A DNA stretch of 52,002 nt, counting the filler, from Catajapyx aquilonaris (lineage: Eukaryota), in NCBI GenBank assembly GCA_000934665.2. It is 2 parts of 2 records of this genome, joined end to end, with 100 filler letters (N's around TTAATTAATTAA, not from the genome) between each part and the next. Parts side by side here need not be neighbours in the genome. Positions count along the whole stretch, not along the records: positions 1 to 25,952 come from KZ539322.1; 1 more part is not named here. One strand, written 5' to 3'. Position 1 is the first letter of the stretch. Each line of letters opens with the position of its first letter. This document shows positions 1 to 12,665 of the stretch, one piece after another. Below the pieces are notes generated by a model, which did not search any database, was not told the origin of the DNA, and worked only from the letters and a program-made list of their open reading frames with translations. The translations under genes and the position numbers were made by a program.

Positions 1-54
1 TCTCCAGCATGCCAGACGGACTTGCTCAGGTCATCCAGAACGATGGCGGCCACA

Positions 55-250
55 CTAAATATTAAGTTTCATTTCTTGTTGCTGTGATTTTTATGGCCTT
101 TAAAGTTGATTAGCATAAGTTCTGGATGGCCTGAGAAACCTAAAGTAGTTGTTAAGTTTCATTTCTGTTGTGATTTTTATGGCCTTTAAAGTTGATTATT
201 AGCGTCGTTAGTTGAGGATGGCCTCAGAAACCTAGAGTTGTTACATTTTA
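55..250. repeat. Degenerate tandem repeat, about 2 copies of a ~90-bp unit
   Basis: 'ttaagtttcatttct..gttg..tgtgatttttatggcctttaaagttgatta...ggatggcct.agaaaccta.agt' occurs at ~62 and ~152. Confidence 0.75.
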
Positions 251-1660
251 ATTTTTTTGCGCATGTTCTTCTACTCCTAAAGAGCTGGCAGTAGTCACGT
301 GGGCTTCAGTAGAGTCCCAGCTAACGATACAAGTTCAAACCTTCTCAGTTTTGCTTCAGATTTTTAAGAGACTGGTGTTTGAATTGAAATGCAGGGAATA
401 ATGGCTGCACCTTCATGTTCCGAATACGATTGGTCTTGAATCTTCCAATATTGATTGGTGTTGTGAGTTCTTTATTGTTTGTAACAACAACTTATGAATG
501 ATGATGTCGATGGGGAAATATAGGCATATAATTATATATGTAAGTATAGGTATTCATTTTGTATACGATTTGTTGAACTGTATTTTAATCAATCCATATA
601 ATTAAAACGAGATTACATGGCAATTGGTTATCATTCCTCAGCCTGGCCGATGGGAATGGATGGGGAGTTGTTCCCCTCTTATATAGCAGAACTCTTTGAT
701 TACAACCCCTTCTTTGCACGGCCTGTTTCCATGGTAATGCAATCGTCGGCGATCAATCATTGGTGATATTATGAAGTTATGGATTTTGCTGAATGACATT
801 GTTGCCGTGGTCATGTAATCAACAACTAACGGTAGGCCTATTATATCCATACTGTGTCAGAGCTACGGCGAGCCGACCATAAAGACCCCGCGCCTATCAT
901 TTATTGGTAATTATTATTGGTAATTATTAATTATTAATTATATCCATACTGGGTTACATTTTCCTAGCATCCCATAATATTCTTATAGGTCACGCCCATT
1001 TTCTCGCAAACAAGCATTCAGAATGAGGTTTCATCTCATTTTTTGTGTTTTGGGAACTAATAAGAATTACTTAATTGAAGCAAAAAAAGTTCAATAATTC
1101 AATGAAACCTTTTCCCGGCACATACGTAATTATGGGTTAACGCAGCAAAATTGCGACAAACGATAGATAAACGCGGAATCATCCGAAAAAGCCAGGCCTC
1201 AAGGACACGCGCCATATGGCTTGTTTAAAAGAGGGAGGAATGACCTTGCATTCGCAACTCAAAATTTAGCTACTGTTATCTGCCTTGCATTCACACGTGT
1301 TTATCTCTCTCTCCCCCCTCCCCGCTTACCACCACCCAAAATACCCCCCCCCCCCTCCCCCCCACCGATGAAAATTCGAGCACGTGCGCCACGAAGTTGG
1401 GAGGAAAGCTCTCGACGGCACTCGCCCAAATCACCTGCACCTGGCACACTGATTGGCGGGAGAAAAAGTCGCGGACGATTCCATAACAGTCCGACAATCT
1501 TTTTGACCGTGATAGTACATGTACATTGCAGTAAGTTAGTTATAAGAATATATGTGTCTATACATACGAATATATACATATATATATACTGTATATACTG
1601 TATCGGCAATTAAGTTTTCACAGCAAAACCTCCCATTATACTAACAATATATTAACTTAC

Positions 1661-1751
1661 TTATAAGTCCTTCCTTTGCTAGAAGGCCGTCCCATTCTTC
1701 ATTTGATTTTATGTCAACCTGTAGTTGGAGTTGGTCCTTTTTTGGAGGCAT
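1661..1751 (-). CDS. First coding exon of a thioredoxin domain-containing protein 3/6 (NME8/NME9-like); the rest of the gene lies left of the window
   Basis: ATG at 1751 translates MPPKKDQLQLQVDIKSNEEWDGLLAKEGLI, then a phase-1 GTAAGT donor at 1660. This resembles the NME8/NME9 N-terminus (KK..QLQ..I.....W..LL...GL.V) that precedes the WCGPC motif. An upstream acceptor at ~1854 implies further 5' exons; candidate donors at ~2039, 3095 and ~3312. Confidence 0.8.
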
Positions 1752-2632
1752 GGTCCTGGAAGTAGATCAGGAGCTAATATTATCTGCCTCAGTTCGGGTA
1801 GAATGGGTTGGTATGCTGGTCACAGGGTTCACAGCAGCATACTCTACATGTTGTCTAACAGTAGGCCTATGCATTGCGGAAAGAGCCGACACATTCGTAA
1901 TGTTTGAATCGTCCAATTTCCTGTATGCCGCTTATATTTTTAAAATGACATTGAAGATACACCCTGCACATAGTGACATATCCCCTAGCAAGATTTTTTC
2001 ATTGCCATTAATGTTGGCATGAATTTATTTGTGACTTACTACTTGAGGCGATGGTAAAGTCAGCTCTTCAGTCTTCATCAATAAATTATTTGCATGTTCC
2101 TCAATGAATTGTTTTTAATACTTTCTGTCTGTTCATTTTATATGGATATTAGTATTTAAAAAAAATAATATGTACACTTTGCACCACATGCAATATAAAC
2201 ATAACATATATTGACCATTTATAGAGTATTAATGACTTCAACAGCAGCATGAATATGCAATCTGACAATCAGTGGATCATGTATGTGGGATGACCAGCAC
2301 TAAAATAGAGCACTTTCATAATTTAAGAATACATGTCCCTTATTATTGTTACTTTAAAAAACAATCACTGCACAAAATAATAGATTAAGACAAGACAGTG
2401 TATGGTGAAATAATATTAGGACATGTACCATAATAGAAATAGTTTAAAATCAAAAATAGTTGTGGAGCAAATAGTTTGTATATACTGTATAATTTAGTAC
2501 TAGAGGCGATTGAATAAGTAAAGCTGTAAAATGACTGAAGAAAAATTGCAGTAATGCAATTTTCCAAGAGGAATCAATTATCTGCAGTGTGACATACTTG
2601 ACCACGAGATGTGTTAAGCAGTATGCTATAAA

Positions 2633-2634
<2 letters not shown>

Positions 2635-2708
<74 letters not shown>
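2635..2708. repeat. (AAT)n microsatellite
   Basis: Uninterrupted run of about 24 aat units. Confidence 0.97.
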
Positions 2709-2709
<1 letters not shown>

Positions 2710-3199
2710 TGAAGGAATAACTGAAGGAAGGGAAACCTACACTTCATTTTCAATTACAACTTCCTGTCATTATTGAGCCATTCCCTGAGTAGTATATTAA
2801 AATGCAATGTTTACAAATATTATTGCAGGCAATTATGCACTGTGGTGCTTATTATGGTTGTACTGTACAGTACATGCTGCTCATTATAGGCTACCCCCTT
2901 ACACACTTGTATAGTATTATTTATACAGGGTGTTTCTCTGCCCAAATTTAGCATCCGAAGAGGGCCAGGGAAGTATTGATGTACAATAAAAAGTCCTTCC
3001 TGTTTACACCCCCGCACCAACACACTAAAGCACTCTCCCTTTTTCCCCTTTTCCGGATGGTCAACCTGGTCAAAAGAGCACCCTGTGTTACTTACCTATG
3101 AGTACGCCTTTGACAATTGAACTAAACGCAAAGCGGATAAGTCGCAGTGCCTGCCGCCGCCTTCTCTCCTCCTCCGTCTCCCTAAGAAGCATCAACAAC

Positions 3200-3213
3200 G
3201 CAGCCATGGCAAC
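3200..3213. promoter_or_regulatory. Candidate RFX X-box in a bidirectional promoter region
   Basis: GCAGCCATGGCAAC matches the palindromic X-box GTTGCCATGGCAAC at 12/14 positions, with a perfect GGCAAC half-site. It lies in the CpG-rich stretch (~3100-3870) between two divergent genes. Confidence 0.5.
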
Positions 3214-3454
3214 GCTCCCTCGTTACAACAAACTGGCCGGAGGTCCTCTTCTATTTGCCCGTGTGAGCTGCCCATAGAGAATTTCAGACACAACTTATTA
3301 CTTGCCACTTACCTTCCCTAGTAGGAAACCGGTATTAAATATTCAGGGCGTATCTCCCGCCGGCGCGAAAAGGACTTGAACAAGTGAAGGTCGCCGCCCG
3401 CCCTTGTTGATAATTATTATTTCCCCCCCCCCCCCTCCCCCTCCCCCCCTCCCC

Positions 3455-3532
3455 NNNNNNNNNNNNNNNNNNNNNNNNNNNNNNNNNNNNNNNNNNNNNN
3501 NNNNNNNNNNNNNNNNNNNNNNNNNNNNNNNN
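3455..3532. other. Assembly gap (78 N) within poly-C tracts
   Basis: N run seen directly. Confidence 0.99.
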
Positions 3533-3857
3533 CGCCCTTCCCTTCCCCCTCCCTTCCCCACTCCCCCCTTCCTCCTCCCTTATCTCGAATTCAAGATGGT
3601 GGCCGAGCGCGAATGACTGATTGGGTGGTTTTCGCAGGCTGTCATTCGAATTCTGCCCCGGTTGCTGTTGTCGGACTCGGGGAGGGACAGGCAGCGGAGG
3701 GACTCAGGTGGCTGGGAGTCGCACCGTCTCCGTCCGTTGAGATCTGGAGGAGAATCTACTGGGCGCCGGCATGTCGGATTTGGGAGGTGAACAAGGATGA
3801 TGATGATAATACTAATACTGGATTATTTGTAGGAGAGTAGTTGAGTATCGCACGTAC

Positions 3858-6800
3858 ATGGCGAAGGAGAGGGCAGGTATGGTTAGGTCAGTTCAAGTGC
3901 TGGCCTGCCCAGGGTTCCAACTGGTGGGATCCTCAGAGTTTTGAGCTTTGGTGTATAAGACAGTGAAAAGAGGTGACTAGTTACTATTGAAATTGGCTGG
4001 GGGTGATGTGTGATATTCCGCCATGAGGCTTGTGTCATATGCAAACAACACAAGAACATGTGCATCTGATACAGTGGGGAGGCTTGTAGGCAATGCAATG
4101 GTGAGAGCAGGAGGGCTATAAATGCAGGGCGGCCCAAGTATTAGTGTTGTTTTTAGTTATCACTAATATCAGCTGAGTTGTTTTTGTGTCGTGTTGTATC
4201 CCAATCCAGGGGCCCAATTATTGTTGGCAAGTCATTGAATATAGCAGTTGCTATATAACTCTGGGCACCTGGACTGGGGTGCAGCAAACTGCAAAATAAT
4301 GACAGCTTGGAGCAAACTTTCCTATAACTAAGGTGACCTGCATACTTAGAACACCCTGTCCACACAGGAGGAAACAAAAAAGGTTAATTTTGAACTATGA
4401 TTGACAATGAATACAAGACCCTCCTGACGCAGGTGAAAGGAAAGTTACCATCTCGGCCACCACACCTCCCTGGTCTTGCTATATATGGTTTGGTGAATGT
4501 AAGGCTATTGAAGTTTTTCGAAGCATGCTGATCAATACAATGTGACTTGCGGACAATGAAATGAGCGTTACATAATACATTGCCCATTGATATGACAATA
4601 CTGGCATGCAATACTCGATGGTGTGCTTACCTTACTGGGCTGGAGGGTACAGGGTGACAGCAGCCTTGAAAAATCCATCAAATTTTATCATATGGTTCCT
4701 ACCCTAACCTGCCTATGGTTCTCCCTCCCCTGGTTGTAATGCAGCTGGCAGAGGTTCCTGCCACCAAACTTATGTGCTGCTAACCCTGGTCTCTCTCTTC
4801 ACCTCAACTCCTGCCTGTGCCTACCATCTGGCCAGGACCATTTTAATGGGGGTATGTCACTGCATGACACTAACTGGGACATGCACTTCTTGTTTTTCTT
4901 TCCCAAGACAGACTTCAGAAATCTGTAAACTGGCTCCAACGTAGGCAAATGTGCATAATAATATAGTTATTGAGTGCAGTGCACCTTCTCTCACAGTGAA
5001 CTGATGTTGATTTTTTAAGCACTTTATGTGTACTATGTATTATCATTTTGTACAGATTGTGGTGCAGCTCAAGCAGCAATGGATGATGATGATGATGATG
5101 AGGTTGAATCCACTGGGGAGACATCCCAGTTTGACATGATAGTTGGATACATTGAGGACATTCTGATCAGTAAGTACTAGATAATTTAGTGGAGATATGA
5201 AATAAGAAAAAGTAAGGTAATTACCCAGTTTACGTGGGCACGGCCTACAGCGTTCACGGTGGTACTTACTGTTGAACTGAGTGCATAGGGACCTAGTGCT
5301 GACTTTCCTGAGTGGCGGAAAAGCAATTTCATCTCAAACAACCGTGTAGAACCGAAGTTACAGACATTTTAAAATTACGTATGCACATTCCATTGCTCCT
5401 CGCGGCGGCCATCGATTTATACCAATGACTGCACCTGTCGATACTCGATACCATCTCATCATTTGCCTATTTCATTTTTACATGTTTTTTGTTGTGTTTC
5501 ATTAAAGTTTTCATTGCTCCTCGGATCCGACCTTCTTTGTGTTCCAACCATGCCCTGGTCCTGTGGGTGACAGGTATAATTATATATTTTTCCATGTTTT
5601 TTGTTGCATTTAATTGAAGTTTTTTGCTCGTCTTATTTTTGTATGACCTCTTTTCGTGTTCTGACCATGTTGCAGTCCCATGGGAAATGGATGTACAGTA
5701 ATCAGGGTTCTCATGTAATAGCATCTTGGGGAATATTTTTTGGACTAGGATTTGATTGGATATGAGTTGATAGTTGTTAGGTATTTTCAAAGCTATATTT
5801 AATTACAATAAGTGAATTATGTATATATGTCACTATATAGGATATGTATGTATTTATATCTATTATGATCTAATTTATAGTATTGTTTCCATGTTTGGGT
5901 CAAAGAAATAATTCTGCATTAGGTTTTTCTGAAAACTTGGCAGTATCACAATGTTAGGTTATTGAAAATCATTGAGGAGAACATTCTGCATTATTGCAGG
6001 TGAACAGTTCCAAGGCATGCAGAATAATTTCCTTGAGCGCTACTACAATGAGTTCAATGCTGCTGAAGAGAACAAGCTCTCTTACACTAACATTTTTAAG
6101 GAATACGTAAGTATTGTGACTGTCTCTAGTTGCTATTTGCTTTATACTGTTCTAAATATCTTTCACTTTGGCATTACCTTGAAGCAAGACGAGATTGAGC
6201 TGTATGTGGAGAACATGTTGAAGAGCAAGATGCCAGAATTCAAAATGAATGACTTCATTCAGGAACTTGAGTAAGTAGACTTTCTGCTCAACTTTTTGTA
6301 CAACAGGTGTAACGCAACATTTACTGTCAGTGTTAAAAAACTACAGTAATCTTTTGTTCAAAAAGGTTGAGACTATAGAAAGGTCATGCAAGGGTGTGAA
6401 AGCATGTGGTACATAAGAGAATTGTTGTAAAAATATTCTTTATGCAAATTATATTATAATTCATAATATTAGATATTTGATTTACTTTTTACTCTGCAAA
6501 ATCAGATTTATTTGCTGCGCACACTACACGACAGTGTGAAAACAAGATTATATTTTGGACTTCTCACTTTTGTAATATTTAGTTTTTGCTGTAAGCTGTG
6601 TGCTATTTTAACCTACATTGCCTATGTAATCTGTTCCATTAGGGAGCATTTTTAAATACAGGATAACCATTTTGTTGATGTCATACTTTTAATCTCAGAT
6701 GGATGATGCCACCCTTAGCAAATATTACATGCATGCAGGATAGTCTAACACAGACAAATTACAGCTGGTAACAGAAATTCAGCTTCTTAGCTGATTTCCA

Positions 6801-7661
6801 CTAACGTAAGTTGAAAGTATTCCTTTTAGCAGTTCAAAATTAATTTAATTACACCTCTTGTGAGGATGGAAAAAGCAATCGCAAGTATTTGTTAGTACCA
6901 GCCACTGGATCACTCTCCGTTTCTACCGTTTGTCCAACATGTAGTAGTTGGTAAAATCATGCTAGACATTATATGATGGGAATGATATTTCTTCAAAGTT
7001 AAAATCATTGGAGTGTAAGGTTAATGAAAAGTATTTGGATGGAGATGTAAGAATATGCAACAATTTTGTCAGGCAGCTAATAGTGTGCGTCTTCGTACAC
7101 TGCAGTGGAAAAAAACTGCCTATTAACCCCTCATGCAGTACCAAGTGTACGTAAGTGGGCATGGGTGGAAGCTTGCATGAATTAACTACAGCTCACACAT
7201 GCCACTGCCCGCACCAGCATGTTCACTGCTTGCCAGGGTGCAAGGTAGTTTTTTTTCCCCCCCAGGAGTGTACAACAGATGACACTTCTGGCGAAGTGGG
7301 TTCTAGTTTAGCATCTGATTAAGTTTTGTGATAATTGTAGCGGAAAATTATTTGTGATGTGTTCACTATGTATAGGCTACTGTTCTTGACATAGAGAAGT
7401 ATGCTGTAAGTACTAAGTAGTTAGAGCCACTTATTCACGAGTCACTTGTTCAGGAGGCGCCAAGATGAGCTGAATGGAGAGGTTTTTGAGGTGCTGTTCA
7501 CCTTTTCTGACTTCTTGGCCTTCAAGGATATGATCCTGGACTACCGTGCTGTAAGTAGACAATGAAAATTCTTTTGGTTTTTAAGAGGGAACTGATTTCT
7601 ACTCACCCATTAGAGCAAGAATGGGGAGGTGGCTGCTCTCTGCCTGGAGGGTAATCGATGA
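3858..7661 (+). CDS. ARL2BP: ADP-ribosylation factor-like 2-binding protein (BART), 6 exons, ~156 aa
   Basis: Exons 3858-3876, 5056-5169, 6000-6106, 6185-6270, 7454-7550, 7614-7661, all GT/AG with consistent phases. Protein includes FDMIVGYIEDILIS-EQFQGMQNNFLERYYNEF..EENKLSYTNIFKEY and GEVFEVLFTFSDFLAFKDMILDYRA, typical of the BART domain. AATAAA at 7941. First and last exons are less certain than the core. Confidence 0.92.
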
Positions 7662-8281
7662 TCTGGAAACCCTGGAAAAGGCTTGGAAGGATATAGTACA
7701 AAATCTCACAGGGAACAGGGTTATTATATTATTCCATATGCTATTTTGCCACAGTGTGAAAAAGTGTCAATTTCTCTGACATTTTTATAATTTTTGTTTT
7801 GAGTCATAATGAATGAAGATGAGTGTAATAGAAGTCTGTGATATAACGTTCATGCTTTCCACTGTAGCCTATTTATAAAACAAGAGTCATTACATGTGAG
7901 GGCCAGGGAATTCTTTAATACCTGAATATCCTGCAAATGCAATAAAGGTTTGCTGGAATTTACTGAGAAGTCTCCTAATTTTTTGTGATTGTATAATAGT
8001 TCAGGTGTATGCCATGCTTGAGGGGCTATCCTTCACTTGTTAATAGGGGGTTTGGCCATGAATTTAATTCCCCAAGCCCCAGTGAAGGTATACCATGATG
8101 CCACTTCACACTCACATGACATCAAGGGATGAACTACCTGAACTACAAACTCCTGCATTGACCTCACATGGTTGTGATCATTTTGAGGTAGTTATGAGAT
8201 TTATTAACAAGGAATAGAAACAGCTATGTTTGGTTGCATTGACATCAAGGTGTAGAAGAAACACATGAGAATAATTTGAAA

Positions 8282-9837
8282 GTAGGGGAGACCGGGGTTA
8301 GTTGGCACACTTTTTACATTTCATTTTTTTCTGAGGCCAGTCAAGTCTTATTCACTGTAGTTTTTATACTGATAAATGCTTTAGACATTTGAGAATATAT
8401 GTTATATTTTTGCATGGTTGTATTTTAGATATGCTATCCACTAGAAATTATTCTAAAAGTCTCCCCGTGCCCGGGGCATGATGGTACATGGCAGAAGGCA
8501 CGGGGCACATTGGCACAGTAATATAAGGCTAAGGTAGGGCTTATGAAATAATATGAAAATCACTTCCACACACATTATCGATTCATATCCATATACAGGT
8601 AAAATAACGTTACAACGAAGCCCGTGGGACCGGGCAAATCTTTTCGTAATAACGGAATTTCGTTAAATCGACATTGGTTATTTTTTATTTCCCCCGCAAA
8701 TATGTCCGAATCTGTCAACTCGTGGCACACCTGTACGTCGTCATCTGCGGCTACAAAATTGTGGAAGGTAACTTCATCTGGCATGCCGATGCTTTCAGCG
8801 ACGGACCTCCACACAGGTCGTCAGGGTCATCTGAGTCTTCGGCGTCCTGGGCACTCCCCAAAACAGACACTGCTGACCCCTTGATGCAACTTTTACCCCA
8901 ACATTTCATGATTGTTGACTGTGTTATGCACGACCACACACTCACTTATCACTAGACAGTGCTGGAGCACGTGTGGCGGAGCATTGCACTAGGGCATATT
9001 TCGTTATATTGGGTTCAATACTAGCCGGGGAACCACCTTTCGTATTCGTTGTACTGAAAATTTCGTAGTAACGCATTTCATAATAATGGAATTACAAATG
9101 CATTGCTCTTACGCCTGGCCAACCAAAATTATATTTTTATTGCGTTCTATTGAAATTTCATTGTATTGGTATTCACTAAAATGAGATTTTACTGTAGTTA
9201 CAAGAGATTGCAAAGATGTTACAAAGATATTCAGAACATTTTGCCTGCAGGATAACATAGTGTGTCCTCCAGGCTCCAGCTAATAATAAGGAGCAATAAG
9301 TAGCCGGCAACTGGGGAAAGTGCATGGGCCCGGCCTAATAAGTGACAGGGGAGAGGCCCTAGTTAGAGGCTGCTATGGTCTCCCATAGACGCCGTGGTCA
9401 CCATGGTCCACCAAGATTGGTAGGGACATGTGCCACCATGCCCAAGCAAAATGTGCCATCATGCCCCGTAGGCATTTTTTTACCTTTCGAGTCCTCCTAC
9501 TCTTGAGTGACAAATATTAAATGGCCATATATGCTGTCATTTTTTAGGCAGATATTCTGCCTTGCAAACGCATTATTGGACTGGGTGATCTAGCACTTCC
9601 GCTGGAAGAAAAAAGAAAAACGAATGAAAATTGGAAATTTACTCAAATGGTCGAAAACTGAAAAAATTGTTACTGCTGCCGACAGCCTTTTGCGATTGAA
9701 TTGAAAATAGGATGGAATGTGGAGCATGTCTATCTATACCTACCACGTAAGCATCAGGTCCATAAACCTAATAACCTCTTCACAAATTTGACTGTGCCAT
9801 CGTACCCCTGTAGCCATCTTGCCCCTGTCTCCCCTAC
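8282..9837. mobile_element. Non-autonomous TIR element (probably pogo/Tc1-mariner group) hosting a nested Tigger-like insertion
   Basis: Left end gtaggggagaccggggttagttggc pairs with right end gccatcttgcccctgtctcccctac. Confidence 0.6.
8596..9194 (-). mobile_element. Internally deleted Tigger/pogo element with frameshifted transposase C-terminal remnant
   Basis: TA-flanked ends cagg/taaaataacgttacaacgaa ... tcactaaaatgagattttactg. Minus-strand fragments WSCITQSTIMKCW and VTFHNFVAADDDVQVCHELTDSDI resemble Tigger-derived transposase tails. Confidence 0.7.
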
Positions 9838-10070
9838 TTCCAGGATTCTCATGTGGAAATAGTTTTGAGAGGTTCTCTCTATGTTCATGTGGGTTTTCTT
9901 GGGGTTCTTCCATTTCCTCCCACCATACAAAAACCCATCCCTCTTCCCCTCTCACCCTTCCCTATGCCAGATAGTCATAGTTGCTTTGGTGCCCCTAATC
10001 AACCAACCTACCAACCTGTCTGTGAGGAGGTCCGTCGCTGAAAAAGCTAAAGAAAGACTTGATTAACACA

Positions 10071-10356
10071 AGGGCGGCATGGTGGTCTAACGGTTGCTCC
10101 GTTGGCCAGCCAAGCGGGAGGCCGGGGTTCAAATCCCGTCCCCGTCACCTCTGCTTGGCCGGGTCTTTTTCTGCTTTTCACCCGACAGGCCGGGGCAGAA
10201 TTGCACTCCCTATCTGCCCGGGGCCAGTAGAAAAGGCCTGGTGTATTTTCACAAGTCAGAAATGACTTAAAAATTTCAGCGCCCTCCCTAGGGAACCACC
10301 CCCTTCCCCCCTAAGAGAGCCACTGGCTCTATCACGGGGTTAAAAAAAAAAAAAAT
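10071..10356 (+). mobile_element. tRNA-derived SINE with poly(A) tail and 14-bp TSD
   Basis: A-box-like tggtctaacgg, B-box ggttcaaatcc and A-tail. TSD acttgattaacaca at 10057-10070 and 10357-10370. Confidence 0.88.
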
Positions 10357-10849
10357 ACTTGATTAACACATACAATACACTACATACATAGAAATTCATA
10401 CAACTTTATTGAGTATTCAAACAATATTTCAAAAGTCCCTTGTTTCTTCCATTCTGTGATGTCCAAGTGACTGATATTCCTAAGATGTTGTTAAGAGATT
10501 CTAGCAGTCCACACACATGACATTCTCCCATATTCAATTTTAAATGACCAGCTTTTACCTATACCGTTAGGACCAGTTGCATGATCAATGGTACACCCAA
10601 AACAAGTAATTAATCCCATGTGAATAACATGTCATCAACCCCTTTCTCAGAATTGACCCCTGATCACTTAACCAGTTCCTTGGTGCAGTATTTTTGGATG
10701 GAATATGGTAATCATGTTACAAAAAAAATTGAACATTCAGCAAATACCTTGAACAATTTTATGATGTGGTGACTGGTTTCCATATAGCAAATGGGATTAT
10801 TTCATGGACATAACAAGAGAAAATGTTTTACAGTTTTGCATTATACATA

Positions 10850-11255
10850 CAGGGTGGTCCAACTTTTTTGTCCGAACAGCTATCACACAGCTATTGACAA
10901 ATTCGGCCTAAGCTGCTTATGTTGTAGTGCGTTACCTGGCAACCCCGGCTGGCGGGCCAATTCAAACATCAGCACATGGAGAGTGCTTAGTCGCACCTCT
11001 CAGAGTTGGAGTATGTGCAGGTTCTCATGGTTCTCCTCTGCCACTGGAGCCAGGTTAATTGTGTATTATTAGAGCCCTGGAAGCTCTTGGCCGGATATGG
11101 ATATGGAATCGACAATGGAAAGAACACCACTCGTCTCCATGGGCTGATGTTTGAATTGGCCCGCCGGCCGGGGTTGCCAGGTAACTCACTACAACATAAG
11201 CAGCTTAGGCCGAATTTGTCAATAGCTGTTCGGACAAAAAAGTTGGACCACCCTG
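10850..11255. mobile_element. Tc1/mariner-type MITE with long (~130 bp) TIRs
   Basis: ta|cagggtggtccaacttttttgtccgaacagctat ... atagctgttcggacaaaaaagttggaccaccctg|ta; TA TSD. Confidence 0.88.
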
Positions 11256-11399
11256 TATACCACTAAATGGCATTTTTATTCCCCTGTCGCATGGTTTTGG
11301 TACTTTTCTGTTTCCTGATCACCACTATGGATATTTTCTGGAATGGCCCTCCTCTCTGTTAGAGTCAACCTTCCACTTCTAAAATTTTCATGGAGATGT

Positions 11400-12160
11400 C
11401 ATCACACAGCAAAAGAAATAAACTGTGTCAACTATAGAGCAGTTCCAGAAGTACATTCTCAGATGTCCATTGCTGCATGATGGCATCTCCATTATTAACA
11501 GAAGGGAGGGCTGAAAAAAATCCATAGTGGCGATCATTGCAACTTTGGAGCTGGAGATAAAGTACCTCACAATATTTCTGACACTTGTGGGGGGCAGAAC
11601 AGGAGCATACAAGTAGTATCTGTACTGCTGCATACTGTGGGGTGTCATGCTGAACACAATAGAGCATAAATTCATGGAGAGTGGCCATTCATTTATGGAA
11701 GTTGACTCCAAGCATAGCACAATCGATAAGGCCAGAGAGAATGTGGCAATTTTTAGACCCCAGAGTGGCTGACAGTTTTCAAAATGGTAAGGCCTTCAAA
11801 AAGTGAAAAACTTCCATATTGCACGAGGGAGTTACTGTAGTCTAGACTCTAGAGTGACTCTCTGGATCTAAAGAGCCTGGTTCAAACTACAGTGACTAAA
11901 AGTAAAACGGATGATGGAAATGGCATCAACTGGCTAAAATGAAGGGTTTCGTATACCAGAAAGGCATACCAAACTCCATTCAGTACAAGTACAATGGGGA
12001 CAATGAGGAGTACAAGAAACCTACCATTTCAAAGTGACCAAAAAGAGCCAGGCAGCTTATCAGAGACCAGAACAGAATATATCTGCTATAGAAAAACCGC
12101 AGCCTATCATGGCCCAAAAGAAGACAGATTTACTGCTGTTGTGCAAAAATAATGTGATCC
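11400..12160 (+). pseudogene. Decayed DDE-type transposase remnant (Sola-like; superfamily tentative)
   Basis: Frameshifted + strand fragments TIFSDTCGGQNRS, HKFMESGHSFMEVDSKHSTID, INWLK, QYKY and KKTDLLLLCKNNVI match the SDxCGGQN / GHxxxxxDxxH pattern seen in arthropod transposase-derived ORFs. Confidence 0.65.
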
Positions 12161-12184
12161 GTTGTGGAAGAAAAACCCACTTAA

Positions 12185-12665
12185 AGGAAGGGTTCAGTGA
12201 TTTTGCATGTTGGGCTTCAGAGATCAAGGAAGACTCCCTGATTCCAAAAATGTGGTCAGTTTTGGAATCTGACGCCGCGTAAACAAATGCCGTTAGGTGA
12301 AAGTCCATATCCGCTACTGTATTCGATACGGTAAGCGTACAGCAAGCGCCTCCCGCGGAAATTCCGGTAACCTGCCACCACCGTGGCCAATTAGATTGGC
12401 TTAGTTTCGGAGCCCATTTTTTCATCTTTTCACGGGACACAGGTTCCCTCTAGCCACAAGAGTGGAAGCTTCGACCGCTGCATCGAAGCTTCCACTCTTG
12501 TGGCTAGAGGGAAGCCATGTTCGGCGCTGATTTTCAAAAAAATCAACTTTGACTTGAAATTTTACGCTTATGGTGCATTTGCCAACAAAACGGATCGGAT
12601 ATTTCAAATCAGGGAGCCGTGTTTGATTTTTGGAGCTCAACATGCAAAATCACTGAACCCTTCCT
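12185..12665. mobile_element. Kolobok-like non-autonomous element (TTAA TSD, 5'-AGG...CCT-3')
   Basis: ttaa|aggaagggttcagtgattttgcatgttg ... caacatgcaaaatcactgaacccttcct|ttaa. Confidence 0.8.
12444..12513. repeat. Perfect hairpin, 31-bp arms, 8-nt loop
   Basis: ttccctctagccacaagagtggaagcttcga-ccgctgca-tcgaagcttccactcttgtggctagagggaa. Confidence 0.95.

Noticed and set aside
55..250. CRISPR-like array
   Set aside because: Only about two degenerate units, no unique spacers, no cas genes, and a eukaryotic context.
1221..1613. Pro/Gly-rich ORFs on both strands
   Set aside because: Produced by poly-C and (TA)n low-complexity sequence in an intron.
10071..10150. tRNA genes at 10071, 14595, 33760-33830 and 33941
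   Set aside because: A/B boxes are followed by unrelated bodies, simple tails and TSDs, so these are SINE heads.
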